From Candidatus Buchananbacteria bacterium (GTDB taxonomy: Bacteria; Patescibacteriota; Patescibacteriia; 2-01-FULL-39-33), in the NCBI GenBank assembly GCA_903888345.1, contig CAISTG010000060.1, positions 1 to 58,093 on the forward strand: DNA of 58,093 nt, given 5' to 3'. Both the position numbers and the translations under genes were made by a program. This document shows, in pieces, positions 54,447-58,093 of this stretch. Under the pieces are notes generated by a model. It was not told where the DNA came from. It saw nothing but the letters and a program-made list of their open reading frames with translations, and searched no databases. Each line of letters begins with the position of its first letter. The first letter of the stretch is position 1.

Positions 54447-54476
54447 AACCGGAGTCAATAATGACTCCGGTTTTTT
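54447..54476 (+). terminator. intrinsic terminator of infC-rpmI-rplT
   Basis: AACCGGAGTCA-ataa-TGACTCCGGTT hairpin followed by TTTTTT. Confidence 0.75.
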
Positions 54477-54568
54477 ATTTGTCACTCCGCCTTTATTAAA
54501 TCTTCTTTTCGTTTTTTTCAAGAAGATGGAAATCCAATTTAATATGAATTACCTTTTACCACCTTTTG

Positions 54569-54730
54569 TAGCCAAATCGCCTGCTGGCGATATCGGGGTT
54601 GGCTATATTCTTTTTGAATCAGCTCCGCTGAATCTTATTTTACTATCCTCCGCTTCGCTACGGACTGAATTAATAAGGTTGAGCCAAAATCGCGACCGGC
54701 GAAAATCACGGCTATTTGTTGTGGCGGATT
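54569..54730 (+). repeat. dispersed structured repeat, copy B
   Basis: It aligns with the reverse complement of 29737-29900. There is a 46-nt perfect block, and by eye roughly three quarters of the remaining positions are identical. Nested hairpins are TAGCCAA/TTGGCTA around ATCGCC/GGCGAT, and CAGC-TCC-GCTG. Confidence 0.85.
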
Positions 54731-54759
54731 CTAATGGTAGCATTGGGGACGGCGAATAA

Positions 54760-54801
54760 AAAAATAAAAAAAATACCGCGTTAGTCAAAAGCCAACGCGG
54801 T
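54760..54801 (-). terminator. intrinsic terminator downstream of the 54843 gene
   Basis: On the minus strand: TACCGCGTT-ggcttttgact-AACGCGGTA hairpin followed by a long T-rich run. Confidence 0.6.
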
Positions 54802-54842
54802 AAAAATATGATTGGAAAGAACTAAATCAGTATATAATACTA

Positions 54843-55406
54843 TTACTTACTAATTGCTGCCATGTCATATCCCAAAAAATTTGCACCTAGCCAGCCAGAT
54901 ACAGAAATCCACTTACCATTATCCCAGCAAAGACCACGTATAGAAAAGAGTGGCCCCTCTCCGCCCAGGTAGATAGTCCCCCAGAAATATACTGTGAACT
55001 TTTTCCATTCATTCGGAATCAATTCAGGATTAGCCAACAAATAATCAAGCACATTAGCATTCATGACTTGTTTGCTACTTAGACTTTTTCGTAAGTCTTT
55101 ACCAGCTAAACCCTTAACTTTTCTCTGTCTCTCATCTCGGTAAAGTTCGACTTTATCGGGATTCCACTCCAATTGGCCACCATTGACATGTTCTTCTAAA
55201 CCCCAGCAAGATGGCGTATATGGAACAGAATCACAATCTATTACATGTTTGACTGTAATAATTTGCGCTTGTCCTGATAATACTGATTTTAACATCCCCA
55301 AATGACGGCATTGTTGAAGTTTAGTCACGTCATCAGGTGTGAAGCCAGCATTCTCCAGGGCATCCATAAGCTTATTTGATTGACCGATTGTGAACAGTGT
55401 GGACAT
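54843..55406 (-). CDS. hypothetical protein (orphan)
   Basis: The ATG at 55406 is preceded by AAGGAG at the correct spacing. 187 aa, with no TM helix and no motif recognised. It has its own terminator. Confidence 0.6.
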   Translation of the reverse strand: MSTLFTIGQSNKLMDALENAGFTPDDVTKLQQCRHLGMLKSVLSGQAQIITVKHVIDCDSVPYTPSCWGLEEHVNGGQLEWNPDKVELYRDERQRKVKGLAGKDLRKSLSSKQVMNANVLDYLLANPELIPNEWKKFTVYFWGTIYLGGEGPLFSIRGLCWDNGKWISVSGWLGANFLGYDMAAISK

Positions 55407-55598
55407 AGTCCAGCTCCTTTTCTGCGGACACATTCCAGGGGGAATTCGTCCATTTTTGAGCAAATTGGCTCTGCCGAAATGACAGCTTACCAATGCTCGA
55501 TCTTAGTTGAATTAGTTAATTTTGTCAAGTACTTTATCCCCTTATCTATTTAAATATATCTAAATTTAAACAAAATAAATATGACATATCTATATATA

Positions 55599-55626
55599 TT
55601 GACATTTACCAGATTTTTGCTATAAT
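55599..55626 (+). promoter_or_regulatory. strong sigma70-type promoter with extended -10
   Basis: TTGACA at 55599-55604, a 16-nt spacer and TGCTATAAT, with the -10 hexamer at 55621-55626. Confidence 0.6.
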
Positions 55627-55632
55627 TAGATT

Positions 55633-55775
55633 AATTTAAGTCTTACCAACGCCCTTAGCGGGCTATCTTAGGCAAAAGTGACCTAAGAAAGGCAAACCAA
55701 AATCTACTCGCATCCGTCTCGGCGGACAGGCTAGATCCTATGGCTTTGCTGTAGGATTTTTTGTTGGACTTAAAG
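55633..55775 (+). promoter_or_regulatory. structured leader or small RNA upstream of rpsF, with a terminator-like hairpin
   Basis: Closing helix TTAAGT..CCAAC (55636-55650) with GTTGGACTTAA (55763-55773). Internal hairpins are GCCC-TTAGC-GGGC and CTTAGG-caaaagtga-CCTAAG. ATCCTATGG-ctttg-CTGTAGGAT (55735-55757) is followed by TTTTTT. Confidence 0.4.
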
Positions 55776-55798
55776 ATAAGAAATTAACTAAATAAAGT

Positions 55799-56281
55799 AT
55801 GAACAATTACGAGTTGCTTTACATCATCCCCAACCAATACACTGAGGACGAAGCTAAAGTAATCAAAACCAAAATCGACACTATGTTGACTAGCAACGGC
55901 GCCGTTATTGGTTATGAAGAAAACATGGGCAAGAAAAAATTAGCTTACCCAATCGATCACGTTGCTCACGGTTATTACATCTTAACCGAATTCGAATTAG
56001 AAGATGGCAGCAAAGTTAAAGTTATCAATGATAACTTGCGCTTAGACAAAGAAATCTTGCGCGCCCAAATCCTGACTAAGAAAAAACTTAGCCCAGAAGA
56101 AATGGAAAAGCAAAAGAAGCGTGAAGCCGCTAGCTTGCGTTACGAAGCCGAAAGAGCTAAGGGCGAAAAGGGTGAAGAAAAACCAGTCAAAGCTGAGGAT
56201 GCTAAAATCGAAAAAAAGGTAGAAATGAAAAATCTTGACGATAAATTGGACGAGATTTTAAAAACCGACGATTTAGTGTAA
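55799..56281 (+). CDS. rpsF: 30S ribosomal protein S6 (with a K/E-rich C-terminal extension)
   Basis: MNNYELLYIIPNQYTEDEA...GKKKLAYPI. Confidence 0.93.
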   Translation: MNNYELLYIIPNQYTEDEAKVIKTKIDTMLTSNGAVIGYEENMGKKKLAYPIDHVAHGYYILTEFELEDGSKVKVINDNLRLDKEILRAQILTKKKLSPEEMEKQKKREAASLRYEAERAKGEKGEEKPVKAEDAKIEKKVEMKNLDDKLDEILKTDDLV

Positions 56282-56289
56282 GATATAAA

Positions 56290-56392
56290 CAGTTCATAAA
56301 GTCGAAAGTAGAAAGTCCATAAAGACTAAAAAATATTTTAACCTAGTCGACTTTATAAACTTTTAACTTTATAAACTTTTAACTTTATAAAC
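56290..56392. repeat. AAAGTC/GACTTT hairpin spacer plus a 16-nt tandem repeat
   Basis: ATAAAGTCGA (56296-56305) pairs with TCGACTTTAT (56347-56356). CTTTATAAACTTTTAA is then repeated 2.6 times (56351-56392), ending 12 nt before the ssb ATG. Confidence 0.75.
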
Positions 56393-56404
56393 TAATTTAA
56401 ACTT

Positions 56405-56887
56405 ATGAACCTCAATAAAGCCATTATCATCGGCAATTTGACTCAGAACCCTGAAGTCAAAAAAACTCCGAACGGGCAATCAGTTGCTAACTTCGGTGTT
56501 GCCACTAATCGCGTTTGGACCAATCAGCAAGGCGTTAAGCAAGAGCAAGCTGAATTCCATAATATTGTCGCTTTCGGCCGCTTGGCTGATATCGTCGGAC
56601 AATATTTAGCCAAAGGCAGGTTATGTATGGTAGAGGGACGTTTACAAACCAGAAATTGGACCGACAATGCTGGTGTCAAACATTGGAAAACTGAAATCAT
56701 GGCCGAAAACATCCAACTCGGACCAAAGAGTGCTAGCACTGGACCCAGCAACTATGCTGGTGGCAATAGCTACGCCGATGGCGGTTACTCCGGTGGTAAC
56801 AACGAACAGCCAGCTTACCAAGCTGAACCCATGATGCCTTCTTCACCTGATGAAGAAGAAATCAAAGTTGAAGACATCCCCTTCTAG
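56405..56887 (+). CDS. ssb: single-stranded DNA-binding protein
   Basis: OB-fold N-terminus (NKAIIIGNLTQNPEVKKTPNGQSVANFGVATNR), a G/N/Y-rich linker and an acidic tail ending in DIPF. Confidence 0.95.
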   Translation: MNLNKAIIIGNLTQNPEVKKTPNGQSVANFGVATNRVWTNQQGVKQEQAEFHNIVAFGRLADIVGQYLAKGRLCMVEGRLQTRNWTDNAGVKHWKTEIMAENIQLGPKSASTGPSNYAGGNSYADGGYSGGNNEQPAYQAEPMMPSSPDEEEIKVEDIPF

Positions 56888-56965
56888 TCCTAAGTCTTTA
56901 AAGTCAAAAGTCTAAAGTATAAATATTTACTTGATTTTCCGGCTTTAGCGACTACTGACTTTATA
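56886..56965. repeat. AAAGTC/GACTTT spacer
   Basis: TAAGTCTTTAAAGTCAAAAGTCTAAAGT ... CTGACTTTATAAA between ssb and rpsR. Confidence 0.6.
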
Positions 56966-56986
56966 AAAAATTTAATAACTATAATT

Positions 56987-57232
56987 ATGGCTACTAATAA
57001 CAAACGAACTCACTCTCCTGTTTCGACCGAAAAGAAGTATTGTTACTTCTGCGTCAACAATGTTCAGGATATCGATTACAAAAATATTAACTTGCTAAGA
57101 AGATTTATTTCCTCTTACTCCAAAATTGTTTCTCGCAAAAGAAGCGGCGTCTGCGCTTTTCATCAACGCAAGCTATCTAACGCCATTAAGCGCGCTAGAA
57201 TTATGGCCTTGCTTCCTTTCGTGACTAAATAA
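56987..57232 (+). CDS. rpsR: 30S ribosomal protein S18
   Basis: IDYKNINLLRRFISSYSKIVSRKRSGVCAFHQRKLSNAIKRARIMALLPF. Confidence 0.93.
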   Translation: MATNNKRTHSPVSTEKKYCYFCVNNVQDIDYKNINLLRRFISSYSKIVSRKRSGVCAFHQRKLSNAIKRARIMALLPFVTK

Positions 57233-57240
57233 TAATTAAG

Positions 57241-57330
57241 TAAAAAGTCAGTAAAGTCCATAAAGTTAAAAGTAAAACTTTTACTAAAGGCATTAAAGAC
57301 TTTCAACTTTTTACTTTATGGACTTTATAG
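57241..57330. repeat. AAAGTC/GACTTT hairpin spacer
   Basis: AGTCCATAAAGT (57255-57266) pairs with ACTTTATGGACT (57313-57324). There is an inner hairpin AAAAGT-aaa-ACTTTT. It lies between rpsR and efp. Confidence 0.75.
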
Positions 57331-57341
57331 ACTAAATCCCT

Positions 57342-57914
57342 ATGGCTACCCTATCAACACTTAATGATATCAAAAAAGGAATCAACATCCTTCACGAAAA
57401 TGAGCCTTACCTCGTCGTAGAAGCCAACTTTGTCCGTATGCAACAGCGCAAGCCCGTCATGCAGACTAAGATGCGCAACCTACTCAATGGCAAAGTTGCT
57501 CAGGTCAATTTCCATCCTGGTGATCGAATTGAAGAAGCTGATTTGATGCGTAAAAAAGTTGACTACTTATACAGCGACGGCGACAACTATAACTTCATGT
57601 CCCAAGACGACTTCGAGCAATTCATCTTGCCAAAAGATTCCTTAGGTGACAAAATCGGCTTTTTGAAAGACGGCGATAAAGTTGATGCCTTGTATTTCAA
57701 TGGCAATCCAATTTCTATCTCCCTGCAACCGAAAGTTGAACTGAAGATTGTTTCTGCTCCTGATGGCGAAAAAGGCAATTCCGCTCAAGGCCGCGTCACT
57801 AAACTGGCCGAACTCGAGACTGGCGTTTCCATTGCCGTGCCCTTATTCGTTAAGGCTGGCGATACCATCAGAATCAACACTGAAACCGGGGAATACGTCG
57901 AACGCGTTTCCTAA
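57342..57914 (+). CDS. efp: elongation factor P
   Basis: Three-domain EF-P pattern: N-terminal DIKKGINILHENEPYLVVEANFV, the loop region KPVMQTKMRNLLNG, and C-terminal ETGVSIAVPLFVKAGDTIRINTETGEYVERV. Confidence 0.95.
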   Translation: MATLSTLNDIKKGINILHENEPYLVVEANFVRMQQRKPVMQTKMRNLLNGKVAQVNFHPGDRIEEADLMRKKVDYLYSDGDNYNFMSQDDFEQFILPKDSLGDKIGFLKDGDKVDALYFNGNPISISLQPKVELKIVSAPDGEKGNSAQGRVTKLAELETGVSIAVPLFVKAGDTIRINTETGEYVERVS

Positions 57915-57930
57915 CCTAATAAGACTAGAA

Positions 57931-57957
57931 AAATCACCGAGCAATCGGTGATTTTTT
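57931..57957. terminator. bidirectional intrinsic terminator
   Basis: AAATCACCGA-gcaa-TCGGTGATTT followed by TTTT, between efp and the convergent transposase fragment. Confidence 0.7.
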
Positions 57958-57964
57958 AGTATGT

Positions 57965-58093
57965 TTAGTTAACAGTCAAGGGTGACACTTTTGATTCGAC
58001 CGATGACAGATATTGATTAAATTTTTGTATTGGGGTTAATCCGTTCATATCCTTACCTAAGTGATATCTCTCGTGATTATACCAATGAACATA
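57965..58093 (-). mobile_element. 3' end of a DDE transposase/integrase (rve-type) gene running off the window
   Basis: Minus-strand translation from the window edge gives YVHWYNHERYHLGKDMNGLTPIQKFNQYLSSVESKVSPLTVN*. The xYNxxRxHxxL...G(L/M)TP pattern is the conserved C-terminal end of IS3/IS481-like integrase-core transposases. It is too short to appear in the ORF track. Confidence 0.55.

Noticed and set aside
54526-54788. Two overlapping small ORFs, 54526-54759 (+) and 54603-54788 (-).
   Set aside because: Both lie within the dispersed structured repeat. The partner copy at 29737-29900 does not preserve either reading frame, and the peptides are junk-like.

Overview
The window reads as a chromosomal segment of a small-genome, monoderm-type bacterium using the standard code. 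TGA acts as a stop at 33124-33126 and 44658-44660, and the very long ORFs are unbroken. Gene content and style suggest Candidate Phyla Radiation / Patescibacteria, but this is inference only, because no rRNA or marker phylogeny is available here.

Most of the window is recognisable housekeeping:
- DNA repair, replication and partitioning: radA, recG, dprA, topA, ssb, parA and parB.
- Translation: rsmA, der, pth, glyQS, smpB plus tmRNA, infC-rpmI-rplT, rpsF-ssb-rpsR and efp.
- Stress signalling: a short Rel/SpoT homologue.
- Cell envelope and transport: a FemAB-family transferase, a GT4 glycosyltransferase, an M16 peptidase, an MFS transporter and an AI-2E transporter.
- RNA genes: six tRNAs and one tmRNA.

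The stand-out region is a tightly packed ~20.5 kb minus-strand gene array at 5662-26170. In transcription order it encodes:
- a membrane-anchored protein with thrombospondin-type-3-like repeats;
- a 3181-aa cysteine-rich secreted giant protein;
- a VirB6/TrbL-like polytopic membrane protein with a long soluble tail;
- two unknown cytoplasmic proteins;
- a PrgI/VirB3-like protein;
- a VirB4 ATPase split into two ORFs by a single in-frame TAA;
- a small membrane-anchored protein, a candidate VirB8 analogue;
- ComF, whose start overlaps the end of the preceding gene.

No relaxase, coupling protein (VirD4) or integrase is present in the window. I therefore read this array as a chromosomal type-IV-secretion-derived apparatus coupled to a giant surface protein and to competence functions, not as a conjugative element.

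The window also carries several families of non-coding repeats:
- GTCAT...ATGAC palindromic hairpins placed at junctions of the array;
- a 4 x 23-nt tandem array upstream of the array;
- a ~160-nt structured repeat present in two inverted copies about 25 kb apart;
- A/T-rich AAAGTC/GACTTT hairpin spacers between translation genes.

Other items are a structured promoter-to-terminator leader before rpsF and the 3' end of a transposase gene at the right edge. No CRISPR array and no rRNA gene were seen.
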